Assembly: GCA_046583355.1 (NCBI GenBank)
Contig: JAYGCM010000063.1
Span: forward strand, 1 to 64,000
Direction: 5' to 3'
Source: Deltaproteobacteria bacterium
Lineage (GTDB): Bacteria > Desulfobacterota > Binatia > UBA12015
Length of the DNA stretch: 64,000 nucleotides
The notes under the pieces were generated by a model. The model did not search any database and was not told where the DNA came from. It saw nothing but the letters and a program-made list of their open reading frames with translations. The position numbers and the translations under genes were made by a program. Positions 51,072 to 61,365 of the stretch are shown piece after piece. Position 1 is the first letter of the stretch. Each line of letters opens with the position of its first letter.

Positions 51072-51677
51072 CTAGCGAACGAGCATGGCGTCACGCACCA
51101 ACTCGGCAAGCGAGCTGGCTTTCATCTTCGCCATCACCCGCGCGCGGTGAATCTCGACTGTCTTTTGACTCAGGCCGAGCTGGGCAGCAACCGCCTTATT
51201 GCGGCGTCCCGTCACGACGAGGTCCATGACTTCCTTTTCTCGCGGCGTAAGCTCGCGGACACGCGCGACAATATCCTCGTTGACCTTACCCTCCAAAGAG
51301 GCCCTCGCGTCGGTCTGCAAGGCCTGGCGGACGCGGTCGAGGAGGAGCTGATCGCTGAAGGGTTTTTCAATGAAATCAATCGCGCCGCTTTTGAGCGCGC
51401 GCACCGCCACCGGAACATCGCCATGCGCACTGATCATGATCATCGGGACCTTGATGCCGCGGCGCGCGAGCTCGTCTTGAAGATCGAGGCCGCTCATCCC
51501 CGGCATGCGAACATCGAGGATGAGGCAAGAGGGCCGGTGGCCGTCGTAGGCCTTGAGAAAATCTCGTGCACTCTCAAATGCCTTGACGACGAAATCAACG
51601 GATTCGAGAAGCCAGCGCAGGGAATCACGCATCGCGGCGTCGTCATCGACTACGAAGACCGTGGGCTCGACACTCAT
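51072..51677 (-). CDS. FixJ/LuxR-family response regulator
   Basis: VVDDD, LDVRMPGMSG, DFIEKP, LTPRE, KTVEIHRARVMAK. Confidence 0.95.
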   Translation of the reverse strand: MSVEPTVFVVDDDAAMRDSLRWLLESVDFVVKAFESARDFLKAYDGHRPSCLILDVRMPGMSGLDLQDELARRGIKVPMIMISAHGDVPVAVRALKSGAIDFIEKPFSDQLLLDRVRQALQTDARASLEGKVNEDIVARVRELTPREKEVMDLVVTGRRNKAVAAQLGLSQKTVEIHRARVMAKMKASSLAELVRDAMLVR

Positions 51678-52837
51678 GATTTATCTCCTCCGAAAATCGG
51701 CAGCGCCAACGTAAATATCGCGCCACGCGGGTGGTTCGCATCTGCCCATAGACGGCCATGATGGGCCTCGGCAATGGTCCGGCTGATCGACAGCCCCATC
51801 CCGATGCCATTTCGTTTGGTCGTGAAGAACGCGTCGAAGACGCGCGTCAGAAGAGCGGGGCTCAGCCCGGGGCCAGTATCGGCCACGGAAATCGCAACGC
51901 TCTCATCGCCTTCGCGGAAGGTCCGAATGGTCACACGTCTTTCCTCTTCTTCATCCTGCTCCCGCATCGCTTCACAGGCATTTCGTACCAGATTGAGAAC
52001 GATCTGCTCTACCTGAATCGAATCTACCACGACCGCAGGAATTTCGGGTGCCAAATCGAGAGAAATGGCGACTCGCTTGTCGCGCATCTCGGATTCCATC
52101 AGGCGTAGCGTACGCCGCGCCAGCTCATCGAGCGTCAAGCGTTCGCGCTCGGCGATTTCCTTGCGCGCCAGGCTCTTCAGCCGACGAACGATCTCGCTGG
52201 CCCGCATCGCCTCAGAGGAGATTCGTGCGAGCGCGGCGCTGACCGCGCGGACATTCTTCTCATCGCCCTTCGCCAGCCGCAGGATGGAGCCATTGGCGAA
52301 GTTGACGATGGCTGCCATGGGCTGGTTCACCTCGTGAGCGATCCCGGCCGCCATTTCGCCGAGCATTGCCAGCCGGGTGGCATGCGCCATCTCGGCCTCA
52401 TGGACTCGGTTCTGCTCTCGGGAACGGCGGCTCTCGGTGATGTCCTCGATCATCTCAAGGCCGAGCACGGCACCGCCTTCCCCGGCAATCCGGGTCACCG
52501 TGACGTCGGCGAAGCGCTCGCCACGGCCGGCGTCGCGGTAGCGCCGCTGCAATTTATAGCCCTGCACCGCGTGCGAGAAGAGACGCTCGGCGAGAAGCCG
52601 CTGGCCGGCTGCCTCATCGGCCTGAATTACATCCACGCAGGAGACCCCAACGAGATCCTCCTCCGTCTTGCCCAGCATTTCGGCCAGTGCCCGGTTCACC
52701 TGCACAAAGCGAAAGTCGGAATCGAAGAGCGACATACCGATCGGTGCCTCGTCGAAGATCCGGTGGAAGGGCTCCTCCCCAAGCGGGCGCTGCTGCGCAG
52801 ATCTGCCCTCTATAGGGGTTTTCGGTGATACAGGCAC
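51674..52837 (-). CDS. PAS sensor histidine kinase (FixL-like kinase core)
   Basis: PAS (FDEAPIGM...VNRAL), AHEVNQP, QIVLNLVRNA, DTGPG, FFTTK, GMGLSI. Confidence 0.93.
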   Translation of the reverse strand: MPVSPKTPIEGRSAQQRPLGEEPFHRIFDEAPIGMSLFDSDFRFVQVNRALAEMLGKTEEDLVGVSCVDVIQADEAAGQRLLAERLFSHAVQGYKLQRRYRDAGRGERFADVTVTRIAGEGGAVLGLEMIEDITESRRSREQNRVHEAEMAHATRLAMLGEMAAGIAHEVNQPMAAIVNFANGSILRLAKGDEKNVRAVSAALARISSEAMRASEIVRRLKSLARKEIAERERLTLDELARRTLRLMESEMRDKRVAISLDLAPEIPAVVVDSIQVEQIVLNLVRNACEAMREQDEEEERRVTIRTFREGDESVAISVADTGPGLSPALLTRVFDAFFTTKRNGIGMGLSISRTIAEAHHGRLWADANHPRGAIFTLALPIFGGDKS

Positions 52838-52939
52838 GGGAGAACCCTTAGCAGGAACGGAATTATGGGGATAGCACCCTGATCCATCTAGGGGTTTCCG
52901 GAAGCTCTGCCCGAAACCACGCCTGTATCCGCCGGGTTT

Positions 52940-53854
52940 TCAAAGACGGTCGTAGCGGGCCGCGAGTTCCCGCGGCTCACGCGAGCGGCCCCGGACCAGC
53001 AAAAGAACGGCGAGCGTCGCGAGATAAGGCAACATCAGCGCCAACTGGTGGGGCACCTCGAACGAACTGGCCTGCAATTCGTATTGCATGGTGCTGGCAA
53101 GACCAAAGAGCAAAGCGCCGGCGAACGCCCCCCAAGGCGACCAGCGACCGAAGACCACGACCGCAAGGGCGATAAAGCCGCGGCCGGCCGTAAGCCCTTC
53201 GACAAAGGTGGTCGCCGTCGCGAGCGCCAGGCAAGCACCGCCGAGCCCGGCGAGCGCGCCGGCAAAGAGCACGATGAGCGTACGCTCCCGCGCCACCGCG
53301 ATGCCCAGGCTCGCGGCCGCCTGCGGATGGTCGCCGAGCGCCCGGATGCGCAAACCCAAGCCGGTGCGGTTCAGGACAAAGGAGAGAACCACAACCAATA
53401 GGAGCGCCAACAAGACCAGAATATTCTGCGTAAAAAGCCCCGGTCCGAGCACCGGGATGCGCGACAGCAGCGGCAGCTCTATGGCGTCGAGCGGCGGCAG
53501 CAGAAAGTAGCCACCGCTGCCGGACTGCATGGCGCGAAAGACCGCACCGCTAGTGCCCAAAGCAAGCAGGTTGACCGCCGTCCCTACCAAAATCTGGTCG
53601 GCCAGAAGAAAGATCGAGGCAAACGCGAAGAGGCCGGCGACAGCCACACCCGTAAGGGCTCCCGCAACGATCCCGACCCAGGCCTCACCTGTGGCCTCAG
53701 CCGCAATGGCTGCGCCGAAAGCCCCCGCCAGCATCATTCCCTCCAGACCGATATTGAGGATGCCGGCGCGCTCGACCAATACCTCACCCAGCGCCGCAAG
53801 CAGGATCGGCGTGGCGAAGAGAAGCGCGGTCTGGAGAAGAAGCTCAATCGGCAT
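52940..53854 (-). CDS. Nucleoside/sugar ABC transporter permease
   Basis: ERAGILNIGLEG, GRGFIALA, FGRWSP, LPY. Confidence 0.9.
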   Translation of the reverse strand: MPIELLLQTALLFATPILLAALGEVLVERAGILNIGLEGMMLAGAFGAAIAAEATGEAWVGIVAGALTGVAVAGLFAFASIFLLADQILVGTAVNLLALGTSGAVFRAMQSGSGGYFLLPPLDAIELPLLSRIPVLGPGLFTQNILVLLALLLVVVLSFVLNRTGLGLRIRALGDHPQAAASLGIAVARERTLIVLFAGALAGLGGACLALATATTFVEGLTAGRGFIALAVVVFGRWSPWGAFAGALLFGLASTMQYELQASSFEVPHQLALMLPYLATLAVLLLVRGRSREPRELAARYDRL

Positions 53855-54908
53855 CTTCGACCTCCCCCGCATTCGGCGCCACAACACCCGGCACCCAGCC
53901 GCGACGCAGCGCCGCCACGATGGCAAGCCCGAGAAGCGCTGCGCCTTGAATCGCCACGGCCACAACCGACGAAACATCGGCCGTGCGCTCCATATTGGCG
54001 GCCCCCGCACCAAGCGCGCCGAAGAAAAAGGCCGCCGCAAGCACGCCAAGCGGTTCAAGCCCGCCCAATAGGGCGACGGCAATTGCCGTGTAGCCGTAAC
54101 CCGAACCGATCCGCTCGAAGAGCCGGCCCGTAAGCCCGGTTACCTCTACCGCTCCCGCCAGCCCTGCCAGCGCACCCGAAAGCGTGAAGGCAAGCACGAT
54201 ATCACGCGAGACCGGGAAGCCCGCGAGTCGTGCCGCCGCTGGGTTCAGACCAGCAGCGCGCAGGCGCAGGCCGAGTGGCATCTGCTTGACCAGGACGGCC
54301 ACCAGTGCCGTCATCACCAAGGCCACGAAGATCCCCGCGTGCAGGCTGCCGCCCGCACCAAAAGTCCAGAGCCGGGCACTCGCGGCCAGAGCATCGCTTT
54401 GCGGATAAGATTGAGCCGCCTCCTGCAGCGGCCCCGAGACGGCCCATGAGACCAGATAGAGAGCGATGAAATTGAGCAAGATCGTGGTGATGACTTCACC
54501 AACACCGCGTGCCAGCCGGTAGAAGGCCGCGATCTGCGCCCACAGGCCGCCAGCCAGCGCGCCGGCGGCCAGTGCGGCCAGCGCCTGGCCGGGGAAAGGC
54601 GGCAATTGCGTCCCCACCGCAGTGGCCGCCAAAGCGCCCATCAAAAATTGACCCTCGGCACCAATATTGAAGACACCGCTGCGAAACGCGAGGAGTACAG
54701 CCAACCCGGTGAGGATCAGCGGCGTTGCCTGCATCACGGTCGCCTCCAGGCCGTGGCGCGAGAGCACACTGCCACCCGCCAGCGCGCGCACGGCATCGAG
54801 CGGCGACGCGCCCGCCAGCCAGGCCAGGCCCGCCGCAGCCAGGACCGATAGCAAAAGCGCCAGCATGACGACCTGCGCGAAGGCGAGAATCGAGACACGC
54901 ACCTTCAT
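53844..54908 (-). CDS. Nucleoside/sugar ABC transporter permease
   Basis: FNIGAEGQ, EVITTILLN, GYGYTAIAVALLG. Confidence 0.9.
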   Translation of the reverse strand: MKVRVSILAFAQVVMLALLLSVLAAAGLAWLAGASPLDAVRALAGGSVLSRHGLEATVMQATPLILTGLAVLLAFRSGVFNIGAEGQFLMGALAATAVGTQLPPFPGQALAALAAGALAGGLWAQIAAFYRLARGVGEVITTILLNFIALYLVSWAVSGPLQEAAQSYPQSDALAASARLWTFGAGGSLHAGIFVALVMTALVAVLVKQMPLGLRLRAAGLNPAAARLAGFPVSRDIVLAFTLSGALAGLAGAVEVTGLTGRLFERIGSGYGYTAIAVALLGGLEPLGVLAAAFFFGALGAGAANMERTADVSSVVAVAIQGAALLGLAIVAALRRGWVPGVVAPNAGEVEDAD

Positions 54909-56410
54909 GCCTCGGCTCCGAGCCCGGCCATCAGGCGGCCGATCTCCTCGCGCGAACGACTCGCTACCTCATGCAGATGGCCCTCGTAGAGCACCGCTAC
55001 ACGATCCCCCAGCGCCTCGATCTCATCCAGGTCGGTCGAAAAAATCAGCACGGCGGCACCCGCCGCCGCGACCGCGCGCAGCCGGATATGAACCTGACGG
55101 GCGGCCTCGATATCCAGCCCGCGGGTCGGGTTCGCGGCCAGCACGGCGACCCGGCGGCGCCGCGCCAGCTCGCGGCCCAAAATGAGCCGCTGCTGATTGC
55201 CTCCCGAGAGCGAAGCCGCATCCGCGTGCGGATCGTCTGGTCGGACATCGAATTCATGCAATCGGGCCTGCGCCTGCGCGTCGAGTTCGGCCACCCGCAG
55301 GCGGCCCCATTGCGTCGCATCTTCGAGTTCATCGATCGAGAGAAGAAGATTCTCACGCAGCGGCAAACCCGCTATCAAGCCTTCCTTGCGTCGGTCGGCC
55401 GGAATCACCGCCAGGCCCGCGCGACGCGCGGCTGCGGCATTGTCGATCTTGCGGCCCGCCAGCCGCACCTCGCCTTGCAAAGCCCCCACCGGCATACCGC
55501 AGAAACTCGCGAGCAGCTCCTCTTGCCCGTTGCCCCAGGCGCCGGCCACGGCAAAGATCTCGCGTTCGCGGACTCCCAGCGAAATCCCGCGCAGCACCTC
55601 ACGGCCGCGCACGTCGCGCAGGTGAATATCGTCGGCCTGCAGCACGACCGCCCCCGGCTCGGGGCGCGGCGGCCTTGTCTCTTGCGGGGGCGCTTCGCCC
55701 ACCATGGCCGTCGCCAGACTTTTCTCATCGTAGGCGGAGGCCGGCCCCTCGGCGACCCGCGCGCCACGACGCAGCACGAGGACGCGGTCGGCAAGTGCCA
55801 GCGCCTCCGGGAGTTTATGGGTGACGATAATGATTCCCGTACCACCGGCGGCGAGCTTGCGCAGAATCACGAAAAGCCCACTCGCTTCTTCGGGTGTCAG
55901 CACGGCCGTCGGCTCATCGAGAATCAGCAAATCCGGCGGCGGGTCGAGTGCCTTGAGAATCTCGACGCGTTGTTGCTCTCCGACCGAGAGGTCTTCGACC
56001 GGACTTCGGGTATCGGGCAGCTCCAGCCCCAGGCTGGCGGCCAACTCCCGCGTCTCGGCCTCCAGACGCCGCCGTGCCAGAAGGCCCGTCCGACCGCGCG
56101 CCAGCGCGATATTTTCGGCCGCATTGGCCGTCGGCACCAACATGAAATGTTGGTGCACCATGGAGATTCCGGCTCGGCGCGCCTGCGCCGGCGAGCGCCA
56201 CCGCTGCGCCTCGCCCTTCCATTCCACCGCGCCTCTATCGGGCGCAAGAGCGCCGCCAACGATCTCCATCAAGGTAGATTTGCCAGCGCCATTCTCGCCC
56301 AGCAGGGCAAGAATCTCACCGCGCCCGCAGACGAGATCGACACCGCGCAGCGCGTGCTTCCCATTGAATTGCTTGTCAATGCCACGCAGCGCCAGAAGGG
56401 CGCCACTCAT
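54905..56410 (-). CDS. ABC transporter ATP-binding protein (tandem ATPase)
   Basis: GENGAGKST, VHQHF, LDEPT, LSGGNQQ, NPTRGLD. Confidence 0.93.
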   Translation of the reverse strand: MSGALLALRGIDKQFNGKHALRGVDLVCGRGEILALLGENGAGKSTLMEIVGGALAPDRGAVEWKGEAQRWRSPAQARRAGISMVHQHFMLVPTANAAENIALARGRTGLLARRRLEAETRELAASLGLELPDTRSPVEDLSVGEQQRVEILKALDPPPDLLILDEPTAVLTPEEASGLFVILRKLAAGGTGIIIVTHKLPEALALADRVLVLRRGARVAEGPASAYDEKSLATAMVGEAPPQETRPPRPEPGAVVLQADDIHLRDVRGREVLRGISLGVREREIFAVAGAWGNGQEELLASFCGMPVGALQGEVRLAGRKIDNAAAARRAGLAVIPADRRKEGLIAGLPLRENLLLSIDELEDATQWGRLRVAELDAQAQARLHEFDVRPDDPHADAASLSGGNQQRLILGRELARRRRVAVLAANPTRGLDIEAARQVHIRLRAVAAAGAAVLIFSTDLDEIEALGDRVAVLYEGHLHEVASRSREEIGRLMAGLGAEA

Positions 56411-57774
56411 GCGCCGCCGCCCACCAATGGATGCTTATGCAGAGCCCACGCACGCGCCGCGCCGATATCTACGAGGTCGCCTTCGAGCTGGGCATCAAGG
56501 GCATCCTCCAGAATGATCTTGAGGCGCGGGCCCTCCGGGTAGCCCAACTGAAGCAAATCGCGGCCACGCAGCAGAGGCTCGGGGTGCAACTCCTCGGCCG
56601 AGAGATTTTCGTATTGCGCGCGCAGCTTCTCCCAGCGCGTCAGGTCACCGCGGCCACCCAGCGAATCGAGGCGGATCAGTTCGAGCAAGGCAGGAAAATG
56701 TTCTTCAGCGAAGAAACGCTTCAATGTCGCCGGCCGCATTTGGTCGGCTTCGGCATGGCGCAGATGGTTGGCAATCAGCCAGACGACTTTATCCCGCAAG
56801 GCATTGCTGCACCGCAGGCGCTCGCAGATCACGCGCGCCATCTCGGCGCCGCGCTCGCAATGCCCATGGAATTTGATGCGACCAGTCTCGTCACGCGTGA
56901 AACACGGTGGCTTTGCCACATCATGCAACAAGGTGGCAAGACGCACACTCGCATCATGCTCCGGGCGTAGCCCACCGATACAGCGCCGCGTATGGACAAA
57001 AACATCCCCTTCAGGATGGTGCTTCACGGGTTGCTCGACGCCGTGCATGGCTTCGATCTCAGGCAGGATTACCGCCAGCAAGCCCGATTCGGAGAGCAGG
57101 TCGAGGCCACGCGCCGCCGCACCCTCGGCGAGAATTTTGCGGATCTCGTCGCCGATACGCTCCCACGCGATCTCAGTGATTGTCGGTGCCATTTCCTGCA
57201 TCGCGGAAAAAGTCGCGGGCTCGATCGTTGCGCCCAGGCGCGCCGCGAAGCGCACGCCGCGAAGCAAGCGCAGGCGATCTTCGCCGAAACGAGCACGCGG
57301 GTCACCGATGGCGCGAATGATGCCGGCGTCCAGGTCTTTGCGGCCGCCGATATAATCAAGCAACTCGCCATTGAGCGGGTCGAGAAACATCCCGTTGATG
57401 GTGAAGTCGCGGCGCTCGGCGTCGCCACGCGCATCGGACCAGGTGACCTGGGAGGGGCGGCGGCTGTCCAGATAATCACCGTCGCTGCGGAAGGTGGCGA
57501 CCTCAAACGAGGCCGTCTCGGTCACCACGAGTATGACACCGAAGCGCGCGCCGACCGACACGGTGCGCGCGAAAAGTGCCGTTACATCGTCGGGCCGGGC
57601 CGAGGTCGCGATATCGTAATCCGTGGGCTCGCGGCCGAGTTGCAGGTCACGGACGCAGCCACCTGCAAAAAGCGCCTCGAAGCCGGCCTTGCGTAGCCGA
57701 CGCACCACCGCGGTGGCTGCCTCACGCAATGCCGCCGACGCAACCACCCCGGCTGTATCCTCTGCACCCGCCAT
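56407..57774 (-). CDS. Class II tRNA nucleotidyltransferase (CCA/poly(A) polymerase family) with HD domain
   Basis: GGCVRD, DYDIAT, EVATFR, RRDFTING, EDRLRLLR, HHPEGDV, LLHDVAK. Confidence 0.92.
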   Translation of the reverse strand: MAGAEDTAGVVASAALREAATAVVRRLRKAGFEALFAGGCVRDLQLGREPTDYDIATSARPDDVTALFARTVSVGARFGVILVVTETASFEVATFRSDGDYLDSRRPSQVTWSDARGDAERRDFTINGMFLDPLNGELLDYIGGRKDLDAGIIRAIGDPRARFGEDRLRLLRGVRFAARLGATIEPATFSAMQEMAPTITEIAWERIGDEIRKILAEGAAARGLDLLSESGLLAVILPEIEAMHGVEQPVKHHPEGDVFVHTRRCIGGLRPEHDASVRLATLLHDVAKPPCFTRDETGRIKFHGHCERGAEMARVICERLRCSNALRDKVVWLIANHLRHAEADQMRPATLKRFFAEEHFPALLELIRLDSLGGRGDLTRWEKLRAQYENLSAEELHPEPLLRGRDLLQLGYPEGPRLKIILEDALDAQLEGDLVDIGAARAWALHKHPLVGGGA

Positions 57775-57874
57775 CCAAAGAAGCGTCGCATGCGCGGAGG
57801 CGAAACTACAATGCCCCGTATAGCCGCCAGGGAAAATCCCCCCGCCGAAGCAGGCTTTCTCTGTTTCCACGGAC

Positions 57875-57903
57875 TTGCAAGACACGTGTTCATTATGTAC
57901 TTG
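57875..57903 (+). promoter_or_regulatory. Candidate promoter with palindromic operator for the igr-like operon
   Basis: TTGCAA at 57875 followed by the palindrome ACACGTGT (57882-57889) in the spacer. Confidence 0.35.
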
Positions 57904-57961
57904 GAGGAGTCGCGCTTGGGTGTCCTGCCCCGGCATCCGGACCCACATCAAGGGAGTTCTC

Positions 57962-59146
57962 GTGAACTTTGATTTTTCGCCCGAAGAGCAGAAATTCGCC
58001 GACGAGGTCGAGGCCTGGTTGGTCGAGAACCACGACGATGAGGTGATGGACCCGCATCGCGAGAACTTCTCGCAGCTCGCCGACACGCCGGCACGGCGCG
58101 ATTTCATGAAAAAGCTCGCCGCCAAAGGCTGGCTCGGCATGTCGTGGCCCAAAGAATACGGCGGCCAGGAGATCGAGGGCGTCTACGAGTTCATCCTGAA
58201 CGAAGCGCTGTCGCGCCACGCAGCACCGCAGATCGGCAAAGGCGTCGGCATCATCGGCAAGACGCTGATCCGCCATGGCTCGGATTTCCTCAAAAAGGAG
58301 TTCCTCCCCAAGGTACTTTCGGCGGAGGTCGAGTTTGCAGTGGGCTACTCCGAGCCACAGGCCGGCTCCGACGCCGCCAATATGCAACTCAAGGCCGAGA
58401 AGGTCGAAGGCGGCTGGAACCTCAACGGCCAGAAGATGTGGACCACCTCGGCCCATTTCGGTGATTGGTATTGGGTGGGCGCTCGCACCGACCCGGACAA
58501 GCCCAAACACCACGGCATCAGCCTCTTCCTGATCCCCTTGGACAACCCCGGCCTCGAGATCCAGAGCCTGCCGACGATCGGCAAAGATATCACCAACCAG
58601 GTCTTCTTCACCGATGTCTTTGTTCCCGACGCCTACTTGGTCGGCGAGCGCGGCCGCGGCTTCCAGATGATCTCCGAAGCACTCGACCTCGAGCGCTTCA
58701 CCATGTTCACCCTCTCGCCGATCGCCGACCGCACGCGCGTCCTGGTGGATTGGGTGAAGTCGGCCACGCGCGACGATGAGCCCATCAAAAACGACCCGAA
58801 TGTGCGTCGCCTGATTTCCCATATCGTGACCGATACGGCAGTCGCCAAGGGCTTGAGCGTGCGCTTTCTCTCCGCTGCCATGACCGGCGGAGGCAAGCCG
58901 CCGACCGTCCAATCTTCGCAATACAAGCTCTTCACCACCTCGCTCTCGCAGAGGGTCTGCCGCGAGGCACTCGATATCACGGGTGCACCGGGCACGATCA
59001 TGGAGGGCCAGGACGAGGCGCCGCTGCGCGGTCGTTTCGAGGGAGCCTACCGCGCCACCGTAAACGAGACGGTCGGTGGTGGCTCCTCAGAGATCCAGAA
59101 AAATATCATCTCGCGCCGCGAACTCGGCCTGCCGAAGAATTTCTAG
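57962..59146 (+). CDS. Acyl-CoA dehydrogenase (FadE29/ChsE2-like)
   Basis: EFAVGYSEPQAGSD, NGQKMWTT, ALDLER, GGGSSEIQKN; GGAG RBS and GTG start. Confidence 0.9.
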   Translation: MNFDFSPEEQKFADEVEAWLVENHDDEVMDPHRENFSQLADTPARRDFMKKLAAKGWLGMSWPKEYGGQEIEGVYEFILNEALSRHAAPQIGKGVGIIGKTLIRHGSDFLKKEFLPKVLSAEVEFAVGYSEPQAGSDAANMQLKAEKVEGGWNLNGQKMWTTSAHFGDWYWVGARTDPDKPKHHGISLFLIPLDNPGLEIQSLPTIGKDITNQVFFTDVFVPDAYLVGERGRGFQMISEALDLERFTMFTLSPIADRTRVLVDWVKSATRDDEPIKNDPNVRRLISHIVTDTAVAKGLSVRFLSAAMTGGGKPPTVQSSQYKLFTTSLSQRVCREALDITGAPGTIMEGQDEAPLRGRFEGAYRATVNETVGGGSSEIQKNIISRRELGLPKNF

Positions 59147-59183
59147 GCGTCCGGGAAATCGCGCAAGAAGAGTAAGCAAGAGT

Positions 59184-60356
59184 ATGGGAGAACGGCCCGC
59201 AGCCCTGTTTGGTGTGACCATCCTCGACCTCTCCACGGTCGGGCCGGCGACCCGCTGCGCGCGGATTCTGGCCGATTATGGCGCACGCGTGATCAAGGTC
59301 GGCGTGCCGCCGAAGAAGCTCGGCCTGCAAACGCAGCCGGCCTTCTGGAGCTACTCGGCCAACCGCGGCATGGAGCAGACGCGTATCGACCTCAAAGACG
59401 CGCGCGGCAAGGCGGCCTTCCTGGCCCTGGTGGCCCGCACGGACGTCGTGATCGAGAGCTACCGTCCCGGCGTGATGAAAAAGCTCGGCCTCGCTTTCGA
59501 CGATCTGCGGCGCGTGAATCCACGCATTATTCTATGCGCGACGACCGGTTTCGGCCAGGACGGCCCGGCCGCGCGCCAGGCCGGACATGATATCAACTAC
59601 CTCGCCAGCGGGGGCTTCCTGCATACCAGTGGTCGACGTGGCGATGGCGGCCCGCCGATCCCCGGCGCGACTGTCGCCGACAGCGCCGCCGGCGGCATGC
59701 ACGCCGCCATGGCCATCATGGCCGCTCTGCTACGCCGCACGCATACCGGCGAAGGCGAATTCCTCGATGTCTCGGTGGCCGAAGGCGTTCTATGGCTGGA
59801 GTCGCTCTATATCGACCAGCACCTGGCCACTGGCGCGACGCCGGGACCGGGCCATGACGTGCTGACCGGAAAATTTGCCTGCTACGATACCTACGCCTGC
59901 AAGGACGGGAAATGGATCTCGGTCGGCGCGATCGAAGCCCGCTTTTTCGCCAACCTGCTGGGCTTCCTCGGCCTCGAGCAATGGGCCGAGCGTCAATACG
60001 ACGACTCGGCCCAGGACGAGTTGCGCCGCGAGATGGCCGCCGCCTTCCTCATGCGTACCCGCGACGGATGGTGCGATGAATTGCCCGCCGCCGATACCTG
60101 CACCGCACCCGTTCATGCCATCGAGGAATTGGTGCAGGACCCGCAATTTGTCGCACGCGGCCTCTTCGTGGACGCCGAGCACCCCAGCGAAGGGAAGTTC
60201 CGCCAGCTCGCACCGCCGCTGGCCGGAATGGACCGCACACCCGGCACCACCGCGGTCCCCGATTGGAGCAAAACCAATACCGACGAGCTGCTGGCCTGGG
60301 CCGGCCTCGCTCCGGACGAGGTCATAAGCATGCGCGCCGACGGCGTGATCGGCTGA
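59184..60356 (+). CDS. CaiB/BaiF family III CoA transferase / alpha-methylacyl-CoA racemase-like
   Basis: ILDLS, LADYGA, ESYRPGV, GHDINY, ADSAAGG. Confidence 0.88.
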   Translation: MGERPAALFGVTILDLSTVGPATRCARILADYGARVIKVGVPPKKLGLQTQPAFWSYSANRGMEQTRIDLKDARGKAAFLALVARTDVVIESYRPGVMKKLGLAFDDLRRVNPRIILCATTGFGQDGPAARQAGHDINYLASGGFLHTSGRRGDGGPPIPGATVADSAAGGMHAAMAIMAALLRRTHTGEGEFLDVSVAEGVLWLESLYIDQHLATGATPGPGHDVLTGKFACYDTYACKDGKWISVGAIEARFFANLLGFLGLEQWAERQYDDSAQDELRREMAAAFLMRTRDGWCDELPAADTCTAPVHAIEELVQDPQFVARGLFVDAEHPSEGKFRQLAPPLAGMDRTPGTTAVPDWSKTNTDELLAWAGLAPDEVISMRADGVIG

Positions 60357-60364
60357 AGGGAATT

Positions 60365-60871
60365 ATGTCAGACCTACCCGCAGATGTTCAGGAAATGATC
60401 GGCAAGAAGCTCTACCCGGAGGTGGGCGAGTTCGATGTCGAGCGCGGCTATATCTTCTCGAGTTGTGCCTCGGTGCAAAACGGCAACCCAATTTTTTGGG
60501 ATGACGCTGCCGCACGCGAAATCACGGGCGGCTTCATCGCACCGCCGAGCATGATCTCGGCCTGGTTTCGGCCGCATTTCTGGGCGCCCTACCGCAAGGA
60601 AGAGGGCAAGCCGATGCAATCGCATTTTGACCTCAAGGAAAAACTCGGCCTGCCCGAAGCCGTGATGACCGACAATACGATCATCTTCGGCGTACCTGTG
60701 CGTGTCGGCGATCGGCTCTCCACCTACCAGGTCATCAACTCGGTGAGTGTGCCGAAAACCACCAAACTCGGCACCGGCCGCTTCTGGGAAATCGAGATCG
60801 TCTACGAGAACCAGAAGGGCGAGCATGTCGGCCGCGAGCTCTATACCGGCTTCGGTTACAAAAGGGGTTGA
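60365..60871 (+). CDS. MaoC-like dehydratase, ChsH2 N-domain-like
   Basis: VERG, NGNPIFWD, APPSM, PVRVGD, KTTKLGTG. Confidence 0.82.
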   Translation: MSDLPADVQEMIGKKLYPEVGEFDVERGYIFSSCASVQNGNPIFWDDAAAREITGGFIAPPSMISAWFRPHFWAPYRKEEGKPMQSHFDLKEKLGLPEAVMTDNTIIFGVPVRVGDRLSTYQVINSVSVPKTTKLGTGRFWEIEIVYENQKGEHVGRELYTGFGYKRG

Positions 60872-60874
60872 ATC

Positions 60875-61351
60875 ATGGCTGCGAATCTAACCCTCGATCA
60901 GATCGAAATGGACCAGGCCCTGCCCGGGCTCGATATTGATGTCTCAGTGACCAACGTCGTGCTCGGCGCACTCGCCACCCGCGATTGGCGCCCCATGCAC
61001 CATGACAAGGACTTCGCCGTCGAGCGCAACGGCACCCAACATATCTTCGTGAATACGCCGCATAATGCTGCGTATTTCGAGCGCTATATCACCGACTGGA
61101 CTGGCCCCAAGGGCCGTCTGGGTCGGATCAAATTTCGCATGAAAAACTCCGTCTTCCCCGGCGACACGATGCGCTTCACCGGAAAAGTGACCGGCGTGCG
61201 CACAGATGAGGCCGGCTGCGGCTGGGCCGATATCGTCGTTGCGCTGAAGGTCGGCGAGAAGATCACCACGACCTGCGAGGCCAGCATCGCCATCCCCAAG
61301 GACGCAGAAGACAACCCCTGGAAGCGCGGCGGCGCCGACTGGAAGCCGTAA
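60875..61351 (+). CDS. MaoC-like hydratase, ChsH1-like
   Basis: ALATRDWRPMHHD (D-x4-H), IFVN, TDWTGP. Confidence 0.85.
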   Translation: MAANLTLDQIEMDQALPGLDIDVSVTNVVLGALATRDWRPMHHDKDFAVERNGTQHIFVNTPHNAAYFERYITDWTGPKGRLGRIKFRMKNSVFPGDTMRFTGKVTGVRTDEAGCGWADIVVALKVGEKITTTCEASIAIPKDAEDNPWKRGGADWKP

Positions 61352-61365
61352 AGGAAACAATCAGC

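Noticed and set aside
51674..52837. Calling the kinase a true heme-PAS FixL
   Set aside because: The heme-ligating PAS motif was not recognisable; only the kinase core is FixL-like.
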